From Tubiluchus corallicola (Eukaryota; Animalia; Priapulida), in NCBI GenBank assembly GCA_030141605.1, contig JAQGDQ010001117.1, positions 1 through 61,666 on the forward strand: a stretch of 61,666 nucleotides of DNA, read 5' to 3'. The notes under the pieces were generated by a model. It ran no database searches and was not told where the DNA came from. It saw nothing but the letters and a program-made list of their open reading frames with translations. Made by a program: the position numbers and the translations under genes. The first letter of the stretch is position 1. Each line of letters starts with the position of its first letter. This document shows positions 28,501-41,300 of the stretch, piece by piece.

Positions 28501-31500
28501 TTAACTTCATGACATTAGTCTCGGCACTCCAATTTCCTAGTTCTTGCATGCACAACAGAAAGTAGTAGCCGACTGGCAAAATTCATTTATTCTCAGAAAA
28601 ATAATATGATGATTGAATATAAAAATCATTCAAAAACGCGTGACAAGAAATTTAAAAAATAGGGAATATTAAAGTATTTTCAATAAGTCAAGCTTGCTGG
28701 CATAAAATAACTGAAACTTATTAAACCTGTAATGATGATCCTTCTTTATTTGCTGATCCTAATCATTTTATGTTTCTTCTCAGTGAAAGGTTTTGCACAG
28801 AGGTGGTAAAGGGCGTAGAAGGGCATCTTACCTCCCCCTCCCCAAACTTCCATTTAGGGAGCCCGGGAGTGATTTTTCCTGCACTTAAGGTATTTTGGAG
28901 GTGAATTAAAATAAAAGAAACTGTAGAATCTACGTTGCGGAATCATAAGTAAAGACAGACAGGGTTAACCATTGAATGCAACTCAAGTTGTATTGCTGTT
29001 TAGAATTCCTTTAAGTAGAATTCTATAATGAAACACTCAAGACATCAAGTTTGTGCCTTATTTTTGAATCTCAGGCGTCAAATTTTAAAATGTTTTAACG
29101 TAATTTGTTGCAACTTATTTAATGTTTTGCGTTTTCCCTTTTTATCTATTGCTATTTTCTCTTGATTATTGATGTATTGAAAGTAAATATAAATCTGTTC
29201 TTGCTGTTTCAAAAAGCGAGAAGGATCACAATGCTTAAAACCTAGACCTTGCTTACATACTCTTTGATGAAAAAATATAAAGCATAAAACTTTTGTTTGT
29301 ATACCTGTAAGAAACGAAAAACCAGGATTCTCAGTCTGACAAGTATGAATGCAAACGTTTGTAGCTGTTTCTTTATTATTTAACTGTCATACAGTACCAG
29401 TTTAAAACTTCTGTTAACAGTGAGGGATGGTATCGCTTCATCAGCTTCGCAGGGGAGTTGATGCCAGAAACCTGCGTGGAAAAATATCATTGCAACACGG
29501 CCCAACCTCTCTGGCTTATGGGTAAATAAACAGTAACTTATTTAGCAAAAATGTTATTTTACGGGCAAAGCAAATAGGTCTATTTGTTTTTCTGTTGCTG
29601 TATTTTCCAGTTTGTTTTAATTTACTGGACTGGTGTTTTGCCATTTCCTTTTGTATTTTGGTGTTTTTAACAGGTTCGAATCCCACAGAAGCAGAGGGCA
29701 TTGTAGATCGCGAAGTTTGTCGAACAGCAACTGTTTGCAGCAACAATAATCCAAATTGCGAGACGACACCAATAAATATTAAAGCTAGAAACTGTGGCGA
29801 ATTTACGGTTTATTACTTAAAGGGCACAAATCTTTGTCACTCAGCTTACTGCATGGGTAATATATCTTTTTGCTATAAAAATTGAGCAAATTGGGTATCT
29901 AAAGCAGTGCGAATCAAAAACGAAATGAACACCTAAATTATTTGTTTTTGTACTGATATTTATGGGACATTTACGAATTGCTATGAGTAATTTTTTCTGG
30001 AGTCCAAATTAAATTCAGTTTTCACAAAGTGCAGGACAACCACATATATAGCAATATGTCAAATTTAGTGTATTATGTAAGTTAAATTCAGCATTTTATC
30101 ATTTGCACAAGTCTGGGTTTGATATTACTGAGCTTCACTAACAATGAATACACTTCAATTTTGCTTTAAGATACTGATCTTAGCGCTTTCTAGTGCTGTT
30201 TGCTTTTTCTGGCTGAAGCAGTAGTTCGTATGCTTATATAACTTTATAGTGCACATAAGAATATTCTGAAAATAGTCCTTCTTATATTTTATATGTTTAG
30301 GGAAAGAAAAGAAATGCCCTGATGGCCAGTCCTCGCCGACCGGTTACACACCAGGATGTACTGGTAAGTGATACTTAGTATAGCTGAAAATTTGAAATTC
30401 ATCAAATCAAACGGTTAAGCCAAATTAACTTCATAGGATTAGTTTGTATATAGAGCCGAAATGCAAATTTGAATCAACAGTATAAAAATAGCGTAAGTAT
30501 TGCTTCCTGGAGCCTAAAAATATCAAACGAGGTTTCCTTTTTTGCTAACTAGGAGTAGGCCACTCACCCACATGGTCTGCGTAATGTAGATGCTTGTAGC
30601 AAGACTAGAAGCTCGCTAATCTTTAGGGTTTTTAAAGTTAATCTATCAGCATCAGTATGATATAATGAATTAACAGGGGTGTCATTGAGGTGAAATTACC
30701 AAAGGTGTGTAAATTGCTCAGAAGCTATTTTCCAAGCAGTTATACTGGCAGTGATTAGGCTGATTTCTTCTTAACTACAACTTCACTTGAATAAAAAACG
30801 TTCGTAAACAGATGCAGTTAGTTTATCACTAGAATAGTTAATTACAAGACCTCAATTTCACTCGGTGTCTCTTCAAAATTCTGAAACTTTACAAACAAGT
30901 TATAATTTAATTGGTTATTTAATCGCACAGCGTTAATTCCTGATTTTCTTTTACTGTGTAGATATATATATTGATATCACAAACCCGCCAGCCTTATCGA
31001 ATGGGCAAAGCGAAGATGCTACTCGGATATTCTTCTTCTGTGAAATCATTGACCAAGCAGAGTCTGGAGATGCAGAATATGAGGTTGAATGGCTTGTAAA
31101 TGCACTGGTAGTGCTAAAATACGTAGGTTCTCTAGAACAAATGAAGAGGACAGAACTACCAGAATTAGATGCCGATCAGAAGCCATTCTGGAAAATGGGC
31201 GACAAGATTCAATGCAGAGTAAGAGGACGAAATCAACACGAAGGCACTTATGGACCTTTTAAATACAGTAAAGAGTTTCTTTCTGGATTTGATGTAAGTT
31301 AATGTAACCTATGTCTAGTTGGTGTAATCTATGTCTATATGTCTATGTCTATGGTGTAGTAGGTTTTAAAAACGATATTGTTTGTATAACTAAATGCACA
31401 ACTTTGAGGAAATTTTTGATTTAACAGAATACTCTATTATATTATACTTCTTTGGTTTTTGTAGGTAGTGTTTATCCTTTTCCGATTTTGTGCTTTAAGA

Positions 31501-34500
31501 GATTTAAAAGAATAAATTATAACTGCTGTTTCCTGCTGTTTCTAATTATTGTTCAGCAATTTGTCTAGTAACTTAAGGTATTTGAATAACTTTTTTACGA
31601 TGGCAAACATGAAACGGTTTAGGTATTTGCCTGAGTAGTCATGAATATTGGCAGTGATTGTAATCGAAAATATCAAACCAGTGTTCACAGTCAATTAATA
31701 TTTTGGACTGTTGGAATGAAGCTGCAATGCATTCGTCAGGTTAAATAATTATTGATATCAGTGAGCACCTGATTGTACCATAGACCTATGATAGAAACAA
31801 GAGGAAAGAAACAAATATCTGAACTTTTTTATGTAATTTTTGTTTAGCTTTTGGTCGCTTTATATAGCTGTTCCAAAGCATAATAACAATCAGCCAGTTT
31901 AAAAATAATTATTTTTTTGCAAATGTAAAGCAATTTTAATTTATGCTGTTTCACATTAAGCAATGAGACTAGAAAAAATAAATGAGTAAAATGCTTTTTT
32001 GCAGTATGTGAATAACACAGAGATTATATATATTGAGGAAGGAGAAAAGCCTGTTACCTTCTCGTTTCAACCAAATCTTCCCTATCTTTGCAATAATCCA
32101 TTGTCTGAATGGTGTGACTCTCTTACTGCATTCGTCAGTCTGCAAGCGCAAACCGCGAAAAATGATCCTTATTACCAAACGCAGTGTCCAGAAACAGGAG
32201 ACCTGATTGCCCAGGTATGTAATTTCATAGGCATGATCATAGACTGGCCTGACACACCTAATAATGGAACAAAAGCTACTACTGCTTCATTAAGTCACCA
32301 ATGTTGACTGCTAGCTACAGCCATAGCTTATAATTTACATCAGGAAAAAGTAGCACAGCAGTTATTAATTCAAGTGCAGCTACTGTGTTTCAGCCAAGCA
32401 TAATCCTAATGAGAAAATTTCAAAAAAAAAAATTTAAAAACTTCTGGATGATAATTGGAACTTGTAGATAGTCGAATATATTAGAGTTCTGGATTAATAG
32501 AGATCTTACTTTTAAAACAGTAAGTTGTGTGACTCGCGGTATGAATTTGCGTACTACAGTATGCTATACCATTTAAGTTTTAAGAATACTATATATAGTG
32601 TAAGAAATAGGCCCGAGTGCAGAACCTTTAAATGTAAATCCTTGTTTATAAAGTTTAGTTAGTTGACGCTATAGCATTTTTACATTTTGATTATCGCAGG
32701 TTTCTTCCAACAATTGTTATCTCGACATTGATCCTGATGACTGGCAATCTGTACATCATTTTCTTGTGAGAAGTACAGTTGATGGGCAATATGACGATTT
32801 GCAACGAAGAATTATTCAACTTAGTGTACTCGGGTCTGACTCAAACAGTGTTTGGTCTTATTACCAGCCACCAGAAATTTGGGTAGATATTTTACCGCTG
32901 TTTGCAGCTTTCTTAAACACAGTATTCTATAACTATCAAAAACGTGTACGATTAAGAAAAAGAACAATAATAATACCTGCAGAATAAAACCGCTGCATTT
33001 CTGCTAACACAACCGCATGATTTCTGATGACTTAATGCAGCGGACCTTCTTTGTTTTTTTACCACTTCACTAGCTGCCTGGTTAGAAACATCAAGATAAA
33101 ACACAGCAGAAAAATTTTCAACAATGTTGATTGTTAACAAAACTTCACTCCACTTTTTTCTTGTGACATATTGTCAGCACTTTTATATCGCATTTCCACA
33201 CAATGCAGTTGGAATGTCACGAAGCTTTAATAATGGCCGTCATGGTTCATGTTAAAATTTATAATACCACAAAAAGTGGCTACATGGCTTAAAAGAGTGA
33301 GTTAAAATAATCTAAAGCATTTGAATATTGCTAAGACATTAAAACTAGTAAATTAACATACCTGCTTTAACGATGGTGCCCACACAAATACGTAAAAAAC
33401 AGGAAATGTGAAAATGTTTCACAGCCGTTTTATTAAAGCAAAAACGAACCCAATATTAATGTGAACCCAATGTAGGTCTAACAATCTATTCTTTAAAATA
33501 TTGAAAGATAACATTTTTTCAAAAATAATTTACGTGAAAGAATTATTAGCACACATACGCAATTTTGCATTTGCGCCACTAGTTCTTCGCTGTTACATCA
33601 TTTCGCCATCGACTAATTAGATGGGCAGTAGCACCTGCATTTCGAAAAGCGTTGCACAAAGAACAGATCAGTTCATATGTGTTAGTTTGTGACGAACTGC
33701 ACACGTTCGACAGTTCATGCGTGACTGCAGCAGTAAATTTGAATTTTTGTCTTAAAACTTGCCTACTTTTAGTACCGCGGAGCGGTAGACCGATACTTTT
33801 GACGTTAATTGCCTAGACAAGTTTGTAGTTCTTTTAATATTGTAGGTGTATGTAAGGGATAAAGACTGGCCTGGAGCTGGTGAACACGTACAAGGAATTT
33901 GCAAATCAATGAATGATCCCCACATGACTACGTTTGACGGAAGGTGATACATGTGTAATCATTAATCGTAATTATAAAAATAATAATAAAAATTATAATT
34001 TTTTTTCAAAATATGTTTTATGCCAGATAGCAAAATGCAACAAATATTTTAAAGCCAGCCAAAAAGCTTTATTTTACACATTTGGATTTTTCTGTAACGT
34101 CAAGGAAGAAGAACGCAAATTGTAAGAGGTGCTGACAAGCCACTGGCATAGCAGTGTCTAGTTTTTTGCTGGATTAACTGCTGTGATTACCTTTCTTGAG
34201 GACAGGTTTTTTTTTATCTTCTGCCTGCTGAATGTCTACAATAGACATAATGGGCATATGATGATGAAAGGGGCTTTATTACTTACAAATCAAAGTCAAT
34301 CACCTATGTTTTTTTAACTCCACCGTTGTTCACAGAAATCACAGAAAATGTGTCTAGGTCATGACAGCCTAATCCGTTGGTTCAGAATAGTGTCAACTTT
34401 GTGGAACACATTTTTAGAACTAAGAACTAGTGCAGAAACTAGGGAACACTATAATCACTACTTTTGCATCACTCTTTTCAGAGCATATGAGCACCACGAA

Positions 34501-35158
34501 GAAGGAATATTTATTCTGTATAGAAACACCGAGTTTCACGACTATCCCTATATGGTAAGATGGATGCAAACAATTACAACGTCTGAAAGTGCCTCCATCG
34601 GACATGGATATATTTCTTCTTTTATACAATTTATGCGTTTTATTTTCATTTTTTCAGCAAGTATCAATATTATGAAAAAATAGCCCGCCACTATGATTCA
34701 TACTCGTGTGCTGTGTAGTATTGACTAGTGTTCTTTAGTGCACTTCAATGATTTTTTAATTTGTCAGAGCGGTGTTATAAAACAACTACATGACATGTTC
34801 GTAACTAATCAAGTAGTCTATTCAATTCTGTTTTTTCACTCTAGTATATAAATCAACTTTGAAAAACTACTTAACTTATGCCCGGTTTAGACGATCCGAT
34901 TTATATCCGATTTTGCTGGCCAGCAAAATGGGATGTTGTTGCATGTTATTGGTTGCAGTCAGACTGGTGTTAGATATATGACGTTTATACCATCCGATCT
35001 CTATCTGATTTTGTCGACCGACAAACTTGGGAAAGACAATTCGACACTTGCGTTTACCTAGGAATTCAAGCATTGAACAATTTGAACACTGATGCCAGAC
35101 AAATATGTACTGTTTAAATGTTGCATTTGTAACATTTGCTTTGCGAATGTGCTCTCTC

Positions 35159-35216
<58 letters not shown>

Positions 35217-35217
35217 C

Positions 35218-35309
<92 letters not shown>

Positions 35310-38300
35310 GGGAGTGGCAGTGGGTTATGTCCTAATACGCTAAGCTATACACTTTGCTTAGGTACACACTCTACATAAATACTTTATTGTATGTAGAGCA
35401 TATTGTATGCTCTATATTGTATGCATAATATATTTAATGCATTTAAATTGTACACATGCTCTTGAACAGCTGTACTTTGCCTTATTTACACTATTTATTT
35501 TTAAAAGACTTTTTTGACATACATAATAATCTACGTGAACGCAAGAAGCGTTGACGTTAGCTGTCATCCCAGAATATCACGACCCTTTTTCTCGATAGAT
35601 TGATCGTGTAGTTTATCTAGCCGTATCGAGTGATCATGAATTAATTTTATAGATTGTGTAGATTTTATAGATTCGCTTCCCGTTCGCAATGAGGTGATTG
35701 ATCGCTTTTTGTCACCTGACTCCGAGGGCTTTAGTTAAGTCTATCAGGCAATGATGCTATCCTTCAAGACTTTCACTTCGACCTTGCGTTGTGAGTGGAG
35801 GTCTTCTTCCCTCAAGTTATTCAAGTTATCGAGCGTAGCTCCCACAATTGAGCTTTATTTAGTACAATGCGAATCTATACAATGCTCCAGAGAAGATGCT
35901 CATTCACTCTAATTGACAACGATTCAGTATGCTGCACTTATGGTGCTTAATACAATGTGAAACTACAGTTATGCAGAGTTATTCTCAGATACAAATATGT
36001 TGAATTCACTTAACTTGTGGATTGACCAATGTACCCATACACTTGGTCAACTCCAGATAGCTTAAAGAGACTTCGTTGCTCCAGTGCTCAGTCTTTGGCT
36101 GAGAATGCAGAATCCTCTACATTCGGCTGAAACGATGCTCCTCTCGTCTAGAAGACTGTCTCGGACACACTACGGTGGCAATCACTGTCAGACTCTCCTC
36201 TTCGCTGTGCGTGCGTGCGATTCACTCACGTCACCCCTTGTGTGTGTGTTCTCGTGTGTGTCTGCTCTAGTGTAATACCAGAGTTTATATCTTTGAGAGC
36301 TGACCTTGCAAAAGATTGCACCATATGGTAACATCCAACGACACCTGCGGCAGATGATATCACCGGTCATGAGACTTCTGATTTTACAATCAGCAAGATG
36401 TTCCCTTGAATTCCTTTGCTCTTTGAGATCTTCTTACCGTCGTCGGCATATCTTCAGATTTCTCTCTCTAATGTCGCTGAGCACTGATAGAGACCTTGGC
36501 TGATATCATAAAGTCACTTCTATGCGACATCTAAATCGCTACCGAACTTCTCTTCAGGTAGTATACCGATTCATAAATTTATTCACAACAAGAAGTTGGA
36601 AGACAGTCTACTGAGAAGTTGAGCAATTCCCGACCTTCATCCGACAAGTCTGATGTTAAATTTTCCCATTTATATGTCATCAGACAAACTCTGTCCGACA
36701 CCATTTGATTTTGTCGGACGACTTTGTGTTCTTGTGTAAACGTTTGATCTGACTTCGTCCGGTTTTATCCGACATTCCAATTTTGCTGGATTCTGTAAAT
36801 CGGACATGATACATGCATTGGCAATTGTAAGCTCATGATCATAAATACTGCATTTTGCTTATCAATGTTAACCAGTTAACCAGTGCTGGACCAGTTACGT
36901 TACACTCAATTGCTTGTGGAACATGTTGCACCATTATTGCCTTATTATTTGGGTCGCTCTGTAGATTAATTTTGCAGGTTCAGCAACGTATACAGAAATG
37001 TTCAAGTTCAAGTTCAGTATCGTGCAACTGTGGTGTGGCAGTACAATCTGGATATGAACTATGGCGGGTTGATATATGCAAATATGGAATGAACCCATAT
37101 TATGCTGACACTACACCAGATGGGAAAGAAAGCAACATCCGTATGAAAATCGAGAAACTAAACAATGGACAAGAATACAGGGTAGGCGTAGAGCGATCTT
37201 TTCAACACCTCTTTGACTAAAATATTATCACCTTTCTCTTTTTGTACAGAGTGATCTTGATTAATTAAAATAATTAATCGAATTAATAATGATGATTCGC
37301 GCATCGATTGCTTCCAGGTAACTGATCGTTTATCCGACACCGAGGGCTTTGGTTCAGTCGATAAGGCAATGATCTGTCCTACACGACTATAACCTCGAAC
37401 TTGCGTTGTGAGTCAGATCTTTATCCCTCAAGTTTACAAGCGAGCTCCCGCAAATGAGCTATACACTGCGAATCGCTTCAGGTTCGAATCAAGGATTTAG
37501 TGTTGCGACTATGAGTCACCAGTAACGCATTAAACATTAACAAAACTCAATGGTTAAGTTAACACAGTGAATAGCTTTTATTGTACTTACAAGTTTCAAG
37601 TTACTCTACTTTGGTATCAATACAGGATTTGTCCTTATACGTCGGTGGGCGTTTATAAATAATGTCTAATTCCAAAGAGATACTATCCACTTAACGAATC
37701 TTCTATATTGTTATGATGCACTGAAGGTGCTTAGTCATACAAATACGTTACGGTTACAAACTGTAATCAGATACAAGTTACAAATACATAAGTAAGTTCA
37801 CTTAACTGGCGGATTGGCCAAATCCCTGTTCCTAAACGAGACTTCGTAGCATCAGTGCTCAGACTTTGCTAAGTACGTAGATGATACCTCCACGCTGGGC
37901 TAGCGATGTTTCCTGATGTCTTGCAGAATATGTCTCGGACACAACAACCATATAGCGGCAACCACTGTGAGTCGTCTCCCTCGTTGTGTGTGGCTTGAAT
38001 ATTTTTCCAAGCTTATATAGCAAAAGCCTTATTGCACATTGACCTTGGAGTATTGCACCATCTGGGCAATCTTACCTCCTGGACAGTGGATAATACTTTC
38101 GATTGCTAACTTTATGATCAATAATTACTGTCACTAAATTTTGCCGCTTTTGATTTCTTTCTCGGCACGCGACAAACAGTTACTACTGACCTTATTTCTC
38201 TTGTTTTCTAATTGGCATGCATTCTGCTAGTAAACAGCGTCTCTTTGAATTCTGCACCTGTCAGTTTCACTACATTGCGACAATTCTGTTTATTAAATCT

Positions 38301-41300
38301 AAACTCTTGAACTTAACTTGCGACATCTCGGTTTGTCGCTTTCACTTTCCTAACTCATTAAATTCAAGCTACAAGCTGGATGAGTTCCATATTCAAATTG
38401 TATGAATTTTCATATCAAAATCAGGGAGGAGCGAGTTTATCATCTTAATCTGATTCTTCTGATAAACTCATTTAATATACACTGAAATTCATATTCCGAA
38501 ATTTATTCATAACAATATTTGCCATTGATTTTTGCTTCAAAACTTGAAAATCTCCAATGTCATTGCGGGAAGTAAAATACATTTAAATTTAACTTTCCGT
38601 GGTTGTTAACTAGTGAAAACTCCATGCTGAGCATTGTTGTTAACACAATGAACAAAACTGTACATGTAAATAATATAAATATAAAGTCTACAGTGCCATG
38701 TTTATGTTCAAATAGGTTTACTTACCAACCGGAGCTAGTGTGATAGCAACACAGAGTGGTTCACTCATCAACATCATGATGTATTCTTCAACTGAGGACC
38801 TGGGTAAAACTGAAGGGCTGTGTGGAACTTTCGACCGCGACCAGAGCAATGACTTCAAAGAAAGGAACTCAAATTCTGGATCTGACTGGAAAGAAAGTTG
38901 GCGGTACCGTGTACTTAAATTTATCGTGTATCAGGTGGCGTAAAAAATTCACGAAAGATTAGCAATGAAGTTTCTTGAAATCTACCACACTAATGTTGCA
39001 TATACTTGTGTATAAACACCAAAAGTTTTAGATCATGCCCTTACATTTTTCAAAATTTAGAAGTTTCACATCAACAAGTCACAAACTTTTTGCTTGTGGC
39101 AGTGTTGTTGATATTTATTATTGTATCCACTATTTTCAATACGTAGACCTAAGCTTTTCTTCCAACAACTGATCTCATTTTTGGGGTTTTTGCCTTTAGT
39201 TCCTCTGCTTCATGCGACTTTGTACGCCTGTCGTACGCTCCATTTTAGGACAAGTGTTTCCTAAACGGAATAGCGTACTATTGCTTACCTCTGTACACTA
39301 TATTTAGACTGATTTGTGTTTTGTTAATACATTGTCAATGAACAGCGCTACCAAACAGTGCCATGTACTGTTTCATTTATAATTTTGGGAATCAAGAAGA
39401 AAAACAAAAAAGATAAGGAGTAGGAGGAGATAGAATGAGAAGAAAGAAAGCATGCAGGTAAACATGAGCACGAACAAGGGAATGAGTACAAGATAAAGAG
39501 AAGATGTATTCTAAAGTGACAAGGAGAAAGGGAGGGCCTTAACAGTGAGAGAATGAGAGGAACAATGAAGTTAGATGAAGAGGTAGTTTTCAACCAAAAA
39601 GTGAGATGAGTAGGATCATAAAATTGGGGGCAAAAATGACACTAGAGATAATAGAAGGCGTAAAGTGCTTAATGAAGACGAAGAGGAAAGGGAAGAGAAG
39701 GACAAAAATAACAATGAGGATAACATCAAAGACGAAGAGGAAATCAATGATAAAAATGATGATAAGAATGACAAGGAAAGGGAGAAGAACATCAGTATAG
39801 GATAGTAGCTTTACCCATTATGCAACGTTTCATGTTATTTATTGAACTATTGTACATGACTATTTTCAGAGTAAAAAAAGACTCGTCTGAGGACTTGTTT
39901 AGTGCATATTTTTACTATAACGGTGACGACGTCACGGGAGACAAGTATTACTGCACATGTGATTACGCATATGGCGAACCAATAGCCGACTGTAGCTTCT
40001 TTGAGTATAATAAACTATACGAGTGCGAAAACCCAAATGAAGGAAAATTTTTGAAAAAACGAGCAGTAGATATGACTGAGTTCTTTGCTGAGCGCGCTAG
40101 AGTCATTCGGTCAACTAAATATCATGATTATGTTATGGGACAGGACATTCTTGAAACACAGGCTGAAATTATGGTAAGTACTAATTTTTTGCCACTAGTT
40201 TTCACGTTGCTTCAAGCAACAGCTATTGTGATAGGGTCGGTTGCTCTTCAAGGCCTCTGCTTGGTAATACTGTAGTTCCCTAACACTTTCGCGAACATTT
40301 TCTTACCAACAACTACTAGATGCAGAAATTAATCGACTAAACATAATGGGTAACTAAGCCACTTGTTATTGTGCTTCTGTAAAAACAGAATGTATTTTCT
40401 TCACTTGTATAACTAATGAAGAATTGTTGCAAACACCAGAGTTTTTCCAAATAAAATTCCTGAAGCCATAATAATCCGTAAAATATGTATTAAGATAATA
40501 ACATAATATAATGGAGCAGTAACAGTGTAAGATACAGAAAGACACAGAGTTAAGACACATAAAAGCTGCGAAGTGGGAACAATGCCTAACTTTCTTCAGC
40601 GGGATTTTATACTCGAGCTGATTCGACATTTGTCAGGCACTTGTTTTGGTGATTGCCATAGAATTCCCTTGTAGTTGTAATCAGTTACTATATTCAGCTT
40701 GCAGTTGCCAGGTAGGATGAATTATCCTGCCCATTACTGTGGTGACCTGTTGTTATAGCTATCACTATGGTGACCTGTCGTTATGACCACTACTATGGTG
40801 ATTTGTTGTTATGACCACTACTATGGTGATTTGTTGCTATGGGCATTACTGTGGTGATTTCTGGTACTATGTTTATCCTGCTGTTGCTAGGTGTAAAAGG
40901 CTAGTCTGACCATCACTATTAAGATTTGTCAGCATAATTATAAACAAACTCGATTGCCCATTGAAGAATAATTTTAATAAATATTAATAAACTAATTGAT
41001 TTAAGCCTAATTTTGAATTACGTTACGAATTTAATGATTTTTGATTCATGGTCTATAAGGTTGGACAGGTCAAAGTGTACGCTATCGGTTATAATTAGTG
41101 AAGACACGAGTAGAAATTATACCTGATAACCTGCGAAATTTGTATTGTAGAGGACACGTCATAGAGTCAAACGAAGTACGACAGAGTTTACAGAGGAAGA
41201 AGCACTTGAGTACTGTCGAAATTTTATCTACAGTCCTGTAGTTTCACAAGAGTGCAGTAAACTGCCTGGTGTGGACTTTAATCAGCCAATAGAAAATTGT

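Larger units (their letters stand above)
23695..31960 (+). repeat. Tandem segmental duplication unit, copy 1 (visible homologous part); copy 2 at 50845-60465
   Basis: Both start GCCAACCAAAAATATCACCTATAATCTCATTTTCA (23695, 50845); co-linear exons and introns up to CACATTAA; offset at the start about 27.15 kb. Confidence 0.92.
34879..36806. mobile_element. PIF/Harbinger-like MITE expanded by nested insertions (intron 11)
   Basis: Imperfect TIRs TGCCCGGTTTAGACGATCC / GGATTCTGTAAATCGGACA; flanks TTA and TGA (TWA-like TSD); subterminal CCGAC/GTCGG and TTTTGCTGG motifs at both ends. Confidence 0.55.

Noticed and set aside
39400-39800. Purine-rich K/E/D/R-coding-like stretch in VWDE intron 13
   Set aside because: Low complexity with stops; exons 13 and 14 join in frame without it.
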